A stretch of DNA of 64,000 bases, from assembly GCA_020137815.1 (NCBI GenBank), contig CM035357.1, positions 5,518,001 to 5,582,000 on the forward strand. Reading direction: 5' to 3'. The notes beneath the pieces were generated by a model. It did no database searches. It was not told where the DNA came from and saw only the letters and a list, made by a program, of their open reading frames with translations. Within the stretch, counting starts at the first letter, position 1. Each line of letters starts with the position of its first letter. Positions 1 to 12,584 of this stretch are shown one piece after another. This stretch comes from Hormiphora californensis. Taxonomy: Eukaryota > Animalia > Ctenophora. The position numbers and the translations under genes were made by a program.

Positions 1-1384
1 TGACTTCCCGCTTGCCCCCCTCACTAGATAGAAGGTCACCTAATTGAGTGGGTACCAGTTGATTGAGTCAGACAGATCAGTGATACATAGACACTTCCAT
101 ATCTCTCCTCAATTTGCTGTCTGTAGTAGGGCTACTGAATTAGTTAGAGTGGCTTGAAGCTTACCAAGTCCAGGATATGCTGTCCTCCATTTTCCGGCCC
201 CCTTTTCTCCTTATGTTTTGTTTAGGTTTCAAGGTTCTAGGATCTGCCCTCCCACAATGGTTTGTGATCCCACTTTACCAGATCTTCTTCTGTCTTTATG
301 GTACTACCTCTTTCCATAACATGGTTATCTAGGGGAGAAGGGGGCAAGTGCGTTTTAAACCTCCTCCATTGTTTATGGTACAGAGCTTGCCGTTTTCCAG
401 TGGCGACTGCGTTCCAGGGTACGCGATGAGAGAGATAGATAGAGAGATAGAAGGAGAGATAAGGGGATCAGAGAGAACAATATCGAGCCCAGAGAAAGCT
501 TTCTTTTTGTGTTGCTCCGTCTTGTCGATTAAATATTGGTGCCCTCTTTTCAAAAGAACAAAAGAAGCGCCGGGACCTTAATCGCTTGCCTTGATGATCA
601 AGAGGGAGAGAGATAGAGAGATAGAGAAGGAGATAAACAAAGTGCCTATTTTCTTTAGTGCTTCCCCTCTCTTTTTCTCGCCCCATTCAGTCAATTATTA
701 CGTGCTGCAGATGATCTGTAGTTCTCTATCCCTCTCTCTTGTTATTCGGAAAACAAGAGGCAGAAAGCAATTATCATTCTGTCCAAAGCAGTGTAATTAT
801 GTTAGTGGGTGCAAATCGACACGTCTAGTTAGTTCATTTTCTCTCTCTCTCTCTCCCTCAATCTCTCACTCTCACTCACTATCTCACTCTCGCTCACTCT
901 CTCTCACTCACTAGTCACTCTCTCTCATTTTCCCTATCATGGGGGGTGTCAAGAGATCGGAGCTCATGAGATGATGATTTGGCTCTTGAACACATTGAAT
1001 AGCTCATTTAGTATCAGTTAATTGACTCTTGTCTGCACCTCTCTCTTGGTTAATTTTGCCCCTGGGCTCAATCCCGTATACTGAAGGAGAGCAGTCTCCA
1101 GTCGTGAGGTGTATAAGAGCCCGATAAAACTAGAAAAATTTAGATAGAAAGAGAGAGGGAGAGATAAATAGAAAAAAGAGAGAGAGTGAAAGACTAAGCT
1201 CGTGATGACTGCTAACCCCCCCATGCTGGGGAAAAGTGAGAGGGACAATTCCATGAGATCACGTGACATCCCGTGCCTCATCTCATGCAAGTTCAGCCAA
1301 CTACAAGAGTCTAACACACAGTTATATATATGTGCTCACTGCAGCACCTCAACTCAGCATCTCTCTCTCTCTCCTCTCTCTCTC

Positions 1385-1428
<44 letters not shown>

Positions 1429-1466
1429 GTCCTCTCTCTCTCTTCTCTATCTCTCTCCTCTTCTCT

Positions 1467-1498
<32 letters not shown>

Positions 1499-1517
1499 TT
1501 CTCTATCTCTCTCTCTT

Positions 1518-1562
<45 letters not shown>

Positions 1563-1675
1563 ATCTCCGAGTTGTTCTCTTCCCTTGAGCGCTGTCTTTG
1601 CACCCCCGCCCCTCGAAGTTCCATGCTGCGAGCGGCCCAATCGACGCGACTGCAAAACTCACATGATATCATTCA

Positions 1676-1737
<62 letters not shown>

Positions 1738-3679
1738 TCCATTACAAAAAGCGCATGATGATGGTTCGCCCACATATGCTGTGGGGGTGTTTGTGTGTGT
1801 GTTTGCAATTAGTGCACCTCGAGCAATCCCACAGAAAAACGTGTGCAGGGAACCCCCTCGTCCCTCTTGGATTGAGTAGGTCACGTGATTTGAGGGGGAG
1901 GGAGAGTGGCAAAACAACATGTCACGTGATTCCAGAGTTTTGAAAGGGGGTGAGCGTGAGCTCTCACGCGTTATTACCCCCCACTTGTTAAACGGAAGAG
2001 ATGCCCCCTTTCATTGGTGCTGCTGTCTGTGCAAGTGCACTTAATTGGAGTAGACTCTTTCCGCGTTCTTCAAATTCTTCAAAGTTCTCACCCCTACCAG
2101 AAGCATTCCATGACCCCCTTTCGTAACCATGGAAACAATGCTACGGGCTCCTCGATTTGTTGTAGCAGCTCTATTCTGGTTACACCTTAGTAGATCTATA
2201 CTATATTGTTCCAATATTATAAACCACTCTAGTACAAGTTAGATTTACATTTATGCCACGAATTCAAGTTCAAATAGTACCCCGGTTTTTCACACCATGT
2301 GTATGCAGATCTCATTTAAACTTACAGTACATATCCCCATTTCAAAACAACTTGTGTATTGTTATTACTTGTGTAACAAGTAAATATATAAATTAAATTA
2401 AATTATAGGTGACGCATGCTATAAGCCGCTAGGATCGTACTTTTAACACCCCCCCCCCCGGGGTCTCACGATAAGTAGCTACTACCTCACCCCCCCCCGA
2501 ACCCCAATACTCACTATAATTCGGCAGAACGGGCCGTGAGAAAACGGCAGTACAATATATGAGGGCGTTGGTGGCCAGCAGTAAGCTCAAATAACGGTAA
2601 CGCATGGAACTGTGTTTTATTGATCGTTGTCCGGTTATGTTGAGATCTGTGGGCTATCTCGATCCAACACACCTAGCTATAATTATACCCCCCTGCTTGC
2701 TCTAGTAGTAGTAGACCTGACCTCATATAAAATGAGGCCAGTCTACTACTACATAGAGAAGCAGTGGGTATAATTTATAGCTAGGTGTGTTGGATCGAGA
2801 TAGCCACAGATCGCACGAAAAATAACCGGACAACGATCAATATAAAACAGGGTTCCATGCGTTATTTGAGCTGACTGCACCACGCTCATATATTGTACTA
2901 CCGTTTTCTCACGGCCCGTTCTGAGAATATAGTGAGTATTGGGGGGAGTAGCTACTTATTATCGTGAGACCGGGGGTGTTAAAAGTGTGATCCTAGCGGC
3001 TAGCATGCGTCACCTACAATTTAATTTAATTTATATATTTACTTGTTACACAAGTAATAACAATACACAAGTTGTTTTGAAATGGGGATCTATACTGTAA
3101 GTTTAAATGAGATCTGCATACACATGGTGTGAAAAACCGGGGTACTATTTGAACTTGAATTCGTGGCATAAATGTAAATCTAACTTGTACTAGAGTGGTT
3201 TATATTGGAACAATATAGTAGATCTACTAAGGTGCAACTAGAATAGAGCTGCTACAACAAATCGAGGAGCCCGTATCATGGTTTCCATGGTGACAAAAGG
3301 GGGTCATGGAATGCTTCTGGTAGGGGTGAGAACTTTGAAGAATTTGAAGAACGCGGAAAGAGTCTACTCCAATTAAGTGCACTTGCACAGACAGCAGCAC
3401 CAATGAAAGGGGGCATCTCTTCCGTTTAACAAGTGGGGGGTAATAACGCGTGAGAGCTCACGCTCACCCCCTTTCAAAACTCTGGAATCACGTGACATGT
3501 TGTTTTGCCACTCTCCCTCCCCCTCAAATCACGTGACCTACTCAATCCAAGAGGGACGAGGGGGTTCCCTGCACACGTTTTTCTGTGGGATTGCTCGAGG
3601 TGCACTAATTGCAAACACACACACAAACACCCCCACAGCATATGTGGGCGAACCATCATCATGCGCTTTTTGTAATGGA

Positions 3680-3741
<62 letters not shown>

Positions 3742-3854
3742 TGAATGATATCATGTGAGTTTTGCAGTCGCGTCGATTGGGCCGCTCGCAGCATGGAACT
3801 TCGAGGGGCGGGGGTGCAAAGACAGCGCTCAAGGGAAGAGAACAACTCGGAGAT

Positions 3855-3901
<47 letters not shown>

Positions 3902-3920
3902 AAGAGAGAGAGATAGAGAA

Positions 3921-3999
<79 letters not shown>

Positions 4000-5440
4000 G
4001 ATGCTGAGTTGAGGTGCTGCAGTGAGCACATATATATAACTGTGTGTTAGACTCTTGTAGTTGGCTGAACTTGCATGAGATGAGGCACGGGATGTCACGT
4101 GATCTCATGGAATTGTCCCTCTCACTTTTCCCCAGCATGGGGGGTTAGCAGTCATCACGAGCTTAGTCTTTCACTCTCTCTCTTTTTTCTATTTATCTCT
4201 CCCTCTCTCCCTCTATCTAAATTTCTCTAGTTTTATCGGGCTCTTATACACCTCACGACTGGAGACTGCTCTCCTTCAGTATACGGGATTGAGCCCAGGG
4301 GCAAAATTAATCAAGAGAGAGAGAGATGCAGACAAGAGTCAATTAACTGATACTAAATGAGCTATTCAATCATTGAATTTCAATGTGTTCAAGAGCCAAA
4401 TCATCATCTCATGAGCTCCGACCTCTTGACACCCCCCATGATAGGGAAAATGAGAGGGCGAGTGAGTGAGAGAGAGGGCGAGTGAGTGAGTGAATGAGAG
4501 TGAGAGAGAGTGAGTGAGTGAGAGTGAGATAGTGAGTGAGAGTGAGAGATTGAGGGAGGGAGATAGAGAAAATGAACTAACTAGACGTGTCGATTTGCAC
4601 CCACTAACATAATTACACTGCTTTGGACAGAATGATAATTGCTTTCTGCCTCTTGTTTTCCGAATAACAGGAGAGAGAGAGGGATAGAGAACTACAGATC
4701 ATCTGCAGCACGTAATAATTGACTGAACGGGGCGAGAAAAAGAGAGGGGAAGCACTAAAGAAAATGAGCACTTTGTTTATCTCTCTAACTCCCTCTCTCC
4801 CTCTCTATCTCTCTCCCTCTTGATCATCAAGGCAAGCGATTAAGGTCCCGGCGCTTCTTTTGTTCTTTTGAAAAGAGGGCACCAATATTTAATCGACAAG
4901 ACGGAGCAACACAAAAAGAAAGCTTTCTCTGGGCTCGATATTGTTCTCTCTGATCCCTTTATCTCTCCTTCTATCTCTCTATCTCTCTATCTCTCTATCT
5001 TTCTCTCTCATCACGTACCCTGGAACGCAGTCGCCACTGAAAAACGGCAAGCTCTGTACCATACACAATGGAGGAGGTTTAAAACACACTTGCCCTCTCC
5101 CCTAGATAACCATGTTATGGAAAGAGGTAGTACCATAAAGACAGAAGAAGTGGGATCACATACCATTGTTGGTGAAACGGGGAGGACAGAAGGGCAGATC
5201 CTAGAACCTTGAAACCTAAACAAAACATGAGGAGATATGGGGGCCGGAAAATGGAGGACAGCATATCCTGGACTTGGTAAGCTTCAAGCCACTCTAACTA
5301 ATTCAGTAGCCCTACTACAGACAGCAAATTGAGGAAATATGGGGAATGTCTATTGTATCCTGATCTGTCTGACTCAATCAACATGGTACCCCACTCAAAT
5401 TAGGGACCTTCTATCTAGTGAGGGGGGCAGCGGGAAGTCA
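1..5440. repeat. Giant inverted repeat (fold-back), arms ~2.7 kb each, 5-nt loop at 2727-2731; left arm probably continues beyond the window start
   Basis: tgacttcccgc at 1 is the reverse complement of gcgggaagtca at 5430-5440. Centre is cctcat-ataaa-atgagg (2721-2737). Mirrored ORFs appear in the track (e.g. 1696..1920- equals 3497..3721+). The arms differ by SNPs, indels and microsatellite length. Confidence 0.95.
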
Positions 5441-7351
5441 CAGGATAGTGTCAATCAAGCTGCGGTTCCGGGTAAGCTTTTCATGGACGTGTTACTAAAC
5501 AGAGAGTATATGACTCTAACATAGAGAGAGAGAGAAGAGAGAGAGAGAGAGTGGAGAGAAGTGATGAGAGAGAGAAAGGAGTGTGGAAAAAGGGGATAGA
5601 AGGCAGAGGGAGGGAAACCCCTCAATTCAGGGCTAATTGATGAAAAAGTTGACAAGGTGCAGAGGGTTAACCGCACACACAGGACAGGTGAAGGAAAGAG
5701 ATGCCCTAATTCTCTACCTTCAGAGAGATTTCTGTCTTTTTGCGGCTCTGTCTCTCCTTTTACCACGACACAGTTTCTTACAATTAATCCATACTTCAAT
5801 ATGGGTTCATATAATCTCTTATGGCAACCTATCCAAGAGAGATCGCAGATTTGTCCCCCACTATCCTGATTAATTTAGAGCTGCCGGCTCTGATGAGGGG
5901 TGTTGGGAGAGGGGATCAGACCAAGCTGAACCAGGAATGCAACCTCATTCACACCATGCGACACCATCACTCACAACTGATCGGTCCAGACTCTTCACTC
6001 AAAACCTTCTCTTTTATCTATCTACCTTCTTCGTATCTTTTTTTCTCTTGACCCTTTCTATCTTCTCTCCATAACAGTCTTCTCTCACTCATCCTAACTC
6101 GCCTTCATAGTACTCTCACTCTTCTCCCTGCTACACTCCTCATCCTTTCTACACAGACCTCCTCCCGCTACTACATATCTCCTGTCTTCCCACACCTGTC
6201 TCCCTCCCCTCCTTTCCACAGAGGTCAAAGTTTAAAGGATGAGCCGGTGGATCTCTCTGCAGATCGAATGACAAGATGAGTGGCTGAGAAGAAGGAAATG
6301 CCACGCACTTTGGTGCGCTCTCTCGTCAGGGGCAACACCGGGAATATATGCCCTGTAATGTAAAGAAGGGGATTTGGCGCAGAACTCTTGGTTTTCTCAA
6401 GACCCCCCAACCCGTTCGAGACGGAGCTACTCAACCTCAATTGCACCCTTATAGGATTAATTGTGGCAAAGACGGACGTGCAAAATGTAGACATTTAGGG
6501 GCAATAGGGAGTATTGGAAGAGTACTGGTTCCTAAAAAACACGATAAAGAACATTGACTGAAATCACTAAAACGGTGGAATTTAAGCGTGAAGACCGCGC
6601 GCAACACGTGAACACATGGTGATGGTTTGACAGTTTAAAAGATCGTTTCCACAGGCATACAAGTCCGGGGAATAAGAAAACTCAAGAGTCTCAAAGCTGT
6701 GCCTACAAGACTATCTTCTACCAACTATCAACACACGACTATACTACTACAAATAACGGCATCATTACTAACATAACTCTTTAAAATCACAAGCTTGATC
6801 AGGCTTGATAAATCCAGCCAAGCTACTGATCACCAGGGTATGAGCACACAAGAGAGTCCAAAGCTACTATAATATTAGACTATGTGCAGTATTGCGGGGG
6901 GGTTTTATATGTGGTGGGGGTCCCCCCCCTACTCACGAGCTAACGAAGGTACGGATGTTGAGGTCCATGCAGTGCATGTACCAGTAGTCTCGTGTTTTTC
7001 CTCCCAGATCTGTTAGAGTCCTTGCACACCATGTCCCCCCCTTGACAGTGCAACCTCTGAGTGGACTGATGTTGGAGTATTGCGGGGTGGGTGTCTCCTG
7101 TATCGCAGTGCGTGGAGCGTGCAATGGGATCCGGTAGGACTTACCACGCGAGCTGAGACATGTAGGTAGACAAGAGATGATCTCTCTCTCGACTCAGAGA
7201 AAGATCCGAGACTTGAGAGGGTGGAGAAGGAATTCTAACATTGCGTAGTGATTATTATACGCGGGGCATAAACGCCAGTGGAATGGAAAACATATGAGTA
7301 TCCACGTAGAGTTATTTGCACATGTTCCTAAGAGAGCCAAAAATAGAGGGT

Positions 7352-7387
<36 letters not shown>

Positions 7388-8897
7388 AAAGTTTTGCAGT
7401 TGTTTAGCGAGCCATATTGAAAAATAATACTACCACACTTTACCTAAATATCTGTCCCTTCCTACTCCCCCTTGATCCTATCAAATAATGGCAGTCATAT
7501 TGGATACGCGGGTCCTTCCAGCTTTAGTACTAAGTCCTCCAAACGATCGAATTTTGTTTCTCTCCATCTCTCCATCTCAATCAATTCTCTCATCTATCTC
7601 TACGCTGCTCATCCCTCTTCTCTATCTAGTGTCCTCAATCAAAGATCGGCTCGAACAACTGCTGGCAGTCTTGGGTACTGCAGCTGCAGTAGCAAAGAAC
7701 ACCGGCGCTACATCTCTTGATCCTCTGAACATGAGCCCCTACCTTCCCTACTCCTCTCCTCCTCCCATCTCTTGGTACATAGAGCCGTCCTCATCCCGTC
7801 TTCTATCCTGTCTGGCAAAGATTTGACGAAGACACTCCACAATTCCAGACTTCTCTCCCTGAAGACCCCTGCCGCCCTCTCTCTAAGAGAGCCCCCCATC
7901 GTGCTAGCTGAAGCAAGTAAATGAGGAGATTACTTTACAGTACGTGGATCTTGACTATGAATCAATAGCAGTACTAGAATGAGATGGGTGTCGACTATCA
8001 ACAATGAGATTTATTGAATGGGAGATATTTCAACACAATCTTACAACTAAGTGTACCTCGACAATCATATTCTCTCACCTCCCTATATTTTAGACAATGG
8101 ATCGAGGGGGGCTGTGTTTCCCAATTCCGTAGTTCCCTCGTGGTAACAATGTTAAGAATCACATAAGGGTGCAAACAGCAACAACCACTGACACCCATTC
8201 TATACGCACAGGGGGTGTGAGAAGGAGCATTGAATTCATGGTTTATAAGAACCTGGCGTGAGGTGTGCGCGCCCCTCGACCAATCAGAAGACAGAAACAC
8301 GGTCACGTGACTGGGGATTAGCCAATGACCGCCTTCCATTTCGCATACAAGCTTAACACCCATCACACACGATCTCCTCCTCCTATCTCTATATCTCTCG
8401 CGATTGATTCTAATATTCCTATTTGATAGAGATTTATGGTAATGAGGTGGTGAGATCATGAAAGAGAGAGGGGGGCGGGTAACAAGGCGTAGAGGGAGTT
8501 ATATGCCGTATGAATTGCCAAGGTAATGAGTTCGTGTGCCCGCATTATAATTGCTTGGTCAAGTTAGAGGGGATGAAAGAAGGGGAAGAAGCTAGCGGGT
8601 ACTTGAAATTGAGCACGTTTTCATCTTTCAAGATTTCAGGAGAGAGAACAACTGAGATAAATAGAGATATAGTAGAGGGAGAGAGAGATAGATAGGGATA
8701 ATTGGGAGAAAACAGTTGCCCCAAATTACCTGTAACAATGCCTTTGCTGAGGAGCAATCGAGTTTATAGCAGAGCTTCTCAGCGCATTGTCTTTCTCTGT
8801 CTGTCTCTCCATCTCCCCTTCTCTCTAAACTATATTACCTAACCCCCTACCTCACCCCTACCTCACCCCTACCTAACCCCCTATAACCTCACCACAG

Positions 8898-9861
8898 AAA
8901 CTCCAAAACTGTTGCAACAAATACCTACCAACTGCCACCTCCCTCGGACCATTCTCCCTCTCCTCCCTCCTGCCCAACTTGGATCCCCAGAGGAGACAAT
9001 TCACCACCGCGGAACAGATCACCGATCCAGCGGCCATTCTGAAAACAATGGAGGTAGGTAGTTGGATAATAACTGTTTACTATTAGATTGACAGAGTTAT
9101 TGATATTCTCTCTGGGCTGTGAGAGAAGTACAAAAACTCTGACAATGGAGGTAGAATTACAATTATTGGTTGTGGGGGGGGGGGTCAATTGGTATAGCTG
9201 CTCAGTAGAACAGCTGCATAGATAGAGGGATTCTTGGGGGCAGATGTGCGCCAGTCAATTATCGGCTAATGTGGGGGGGGGGGGAACAGATGGTGATATA
9301 TTTGGGAACAGCATATACTGTGAAGCAGTCATGCGTGTCCCGGGGGGGAAGAGCTGGAATTGTGAATATCTATACCTCTCATATTACTAAAATCACAGCA
9401 CCCCAGAAGTACTAATCCAGCTCTCTCTCAGGAATGCAACCCCCTACTGAGGACCTCCCCTGCTCCTTCCTCCACAAGAAGCACCCCCACCCGCCAATCG
9501 TCTCCCCTCTACTCCGTGCCAATGAAGTGCCCGTACTGCGACCTGACCTTCCACAAAAAGAGTCATCTCTCTAACCATCTTGTCCAGGTAAACATTTTGG
9601 TTTAGTTTAGAACAATGAAGTTACCTGGGATTATACATATGTATTTTTATTTTTTTGGCTGGTATAATAGGTAAAATTCAGATAATTATTTGTGGGGGAG
9701 TAGAAACCGAAAGGTATTCTAGAGAGTTTTGTGAGAGGAAGGTGTTGGAATTAGTGAAGTGTGGAGCACAAAAGAGGCTGGGCCAATCATAGAAAATCGG
9801 ATCTTCAACGAGACTTTAGTCCTTTTCCAATTCTAGGTCTCTCTATCTATCTATCTATCTA

Positions 9862-9941
<80 letters not shown>

Positions 9942-11449
9942 ATCTCTCTCCCTCAAACGGGCATGTTGAGATTGCACTTTTTCCTCACTGAAACAACATT
10001 AGTTGCAAGTGAGAGAGTTTTTACATGAGGCGAGATAGATGGAAAGAAGTGGTCGCTAAGAAGAATTTGAGTGAATGACTATTCCAGAGCGAATATATCA
10101 TCTGGAAGGTGAGAGGGACGGTAAATGGTAATATGTTTTCTGCACCACTTGCAAGCGCAGAGCGAGAGCGTCATTATTCTTGGAATGACCACATGAAGAG
10201 CAGGGACCATACTCCGTCCTTCTACTACTGTGAAATAGATAGACAGAGGGAGAGAGAGAGGGAGAGGGAAGAACAGAGATAGAGAGATCAGAGATTGAAA
10301 AGGGGAAAACACCAAAAGATGAAAATGTTAATATAATTTCAGAACAGCTAATCTGGGTTCAATTACACACGTAAGCATCTTGGTTCTCCTTCCTGTGTGT
10401 TTTTACGTGTGCTGTAAAACATTTCTAGAGTGAAAAACCTCTTTCTAATTCTCTAGCTTTCCATATTTTGTGCGTGTCCTTTTTGTAACAAATGGCTATT
10501 AAAATAAATCTCCCGCCGGCTATTAACCCGCAAAAGATCTCCCGCCGCGTGCTGCTGGCAATTGAAACAATGTGCACTGCAGCAGGGGATGGGGGTTAAC
10601 AAAGCATCAGTGGCCGATGTTGCCAGGTTAGACTGTTTTTATAAAATAAAATAAAAGAGTTTGTACAAAACAATGGCCGATGATGGGGGAGTTTATTAGA
10701 AAAACAAAGCAAAACCTCTCAAGGGGGCCAGTCTTGCCATGCGGTGGTGATCACTCAGGTGTGACCATTATCATGTGGGGGAATAATTATGAAAATATAA
10801 TGGTGTGGTTTTATATAATGGTGAGGTTTTATGCAATAATCCTGAATACTCGTGTGTACGTGTGTTTTTCTAATCTGCAATATAAATCCTTTATCAACAT
10901 GTGTGAGCTTGTGTTTACCGTGTTTTTTGTAGCTTTGAGCCGCTATAAAGCTCCTAGCTGTGCTCCAAACCCTATTGCTGCTACAGTTACTAGACATGAC
11001 TAACCCGGGTTTATTTTCTTTCAGCTTCATTCGCACAGTTACCACTGCTGCAGACAGTGCAAGATAAGTTTCCCTGACAGAGAATCCCTGGAACAACATC
11101 AACAATCTCACCCGAAACAACAGGTAATTCATGTAATAATTAGTTGATAGAGCAGTAATATATAGTTTTAGTTCCAATGCCATCATACGTATCAATATTA
11201 CTTGCACTGTCTACATAGCACACTCTTCCAAAAAGTTTTATCGACCACCGGACACCATGTCTGGTACCGCCTTACCCCTTTTTGATTCTCAAAACAGTGT
11301 GCTCAGATCGGGTCGGTACCGCTAGACAGCTCTCTCACTCTCACTCTCACTCTCCCTCTCTCTCTCCCTCAAAAGTGCACACAGACAACATGAGCGAGTG
11401 TCGGATAGCTTGGTGTTGGGAACATTAGTCTTCAGCATGGAATTGTGAT

Positions 11450-11506
<57 letters not shown>

Positions 11507-12584
11507 ACCACAGAATGTGTGATGCAAGGCAGATCTTGAATAATAACGTCATATCGGACCACTCCCATTTTAAAAACAGATGCTAATATTATATGTCCCC
11601 TTCAATACTAAATCTAAAGACTCTCTCTAACCCTCTACCTCTCTCCTTTTCTCTCTTCCTCTCTCTCCCTCTCTCTCTGTCAGTGACCCATGATACCAGT
11701 CCTGTGTGCCTGATTACCTCACACCATGCTGGTCTCCATGGGTCTGACAGGGTGCGTGTTTCCTCCTTGACAGAGACTCCTAGTCGCCTGCCCGCATGAC
11801 AGCCAAAATAATTACCCTGGCTCCTGATGAACGTCCTTCCTATCTCTTAATCTCTCTCTCCCTCTCCCTCTCTCTCTATCTCTCTCTTTTTTTTCTCTCT
11901 CTCCCTCTCTATCTCTCTCTCATTTTCTCTATCTCCCTCTCTATCTCTCTCTTTTTCTCATTCTCTCTCTCTCTCTCTCTTTCTCTCACTGCATTTCTTT
12001 GCATTCATTCTAAAATCACTCCTTCGACAAACTAAGTATGTAACACCTAGACCGCACCATCTTGTCCATGTTCATCACTGTCTATCGCTGGCATTCTCAA
12101 TTATTCTAACCATTCCATAACACCCGATTTGCCAATACTAACCCCTCTCCCTCCCTTTCAGTTCCAATGCACCGGCTGCAATCTGTCCTTCAAGACTGGT
12201 TCCGAACTGAAACGCCACGTGAAAACACACACCCAGGAAAGGGCCTTCATGTGTGATATCTGCGGAAGTCGGTTTAACCTGAAACACAACCTAAAGGCCC
12301 ATATGCGGCAACACACTGGGGAGAGGCCCTTCCGGTGCAAGATCTGTAACCGTGGATTCACTCGATCCAACAACTTGAAACGGCACCTGTATGCCCACTG
12401 TGGTGACCAGGGAACACAGAACACGACAAATAACACCACCACCACCCATCGGCCTACTATTGCTACTTTGGATCAACAGCAACTACTAACCATGCTACCT
12501 AATGTTGTCATGTTGGAAAATCAGAGGTTACACGCTGGACTAGCAGGCCTTATTCCTAATGTGTCCGAGGTTAAAGTTGATTGA
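8898..12584 (+). CDS. C2H2 (Kruppel-type) zinc-finger transcription factor, 5 fingers; exons ~8898-9053, 9432-9587, 11025-11123, 12162-12584; 5' exons uncertain (candidates 5880-7917)
   Basis: GT-AG spliced reading gives CPYCDLTFHKKSHLSNHLVQ/LH, CRQCKISFPDRESLEQHQQSH, CTGCNLSFKTGSELKRHVKTH, CDICGSRFNLKHNLKAHMRQH-TGERPF-RCKICNRGFTRSNNLKRHLYAH, with a canonical TGERPF linker. Confidence 0.9.

Noticed and set aside
1202-4138. Long Ser/Leu- or Arg/Glu-repeat ORFs (also at 9761, 11322, 15715, 29105, 55735, 63037)
   Set aside because: They are translations of (CT)n/(GA)n microsatellites, with no domain content.
6715-6800. A/C-rich stretch considered as a spliced-leader RNA gene
   Set aside because: No leader-exon/GT donor plus Sm-site arrangement visible; no SL RNA gene could be supported in this window.
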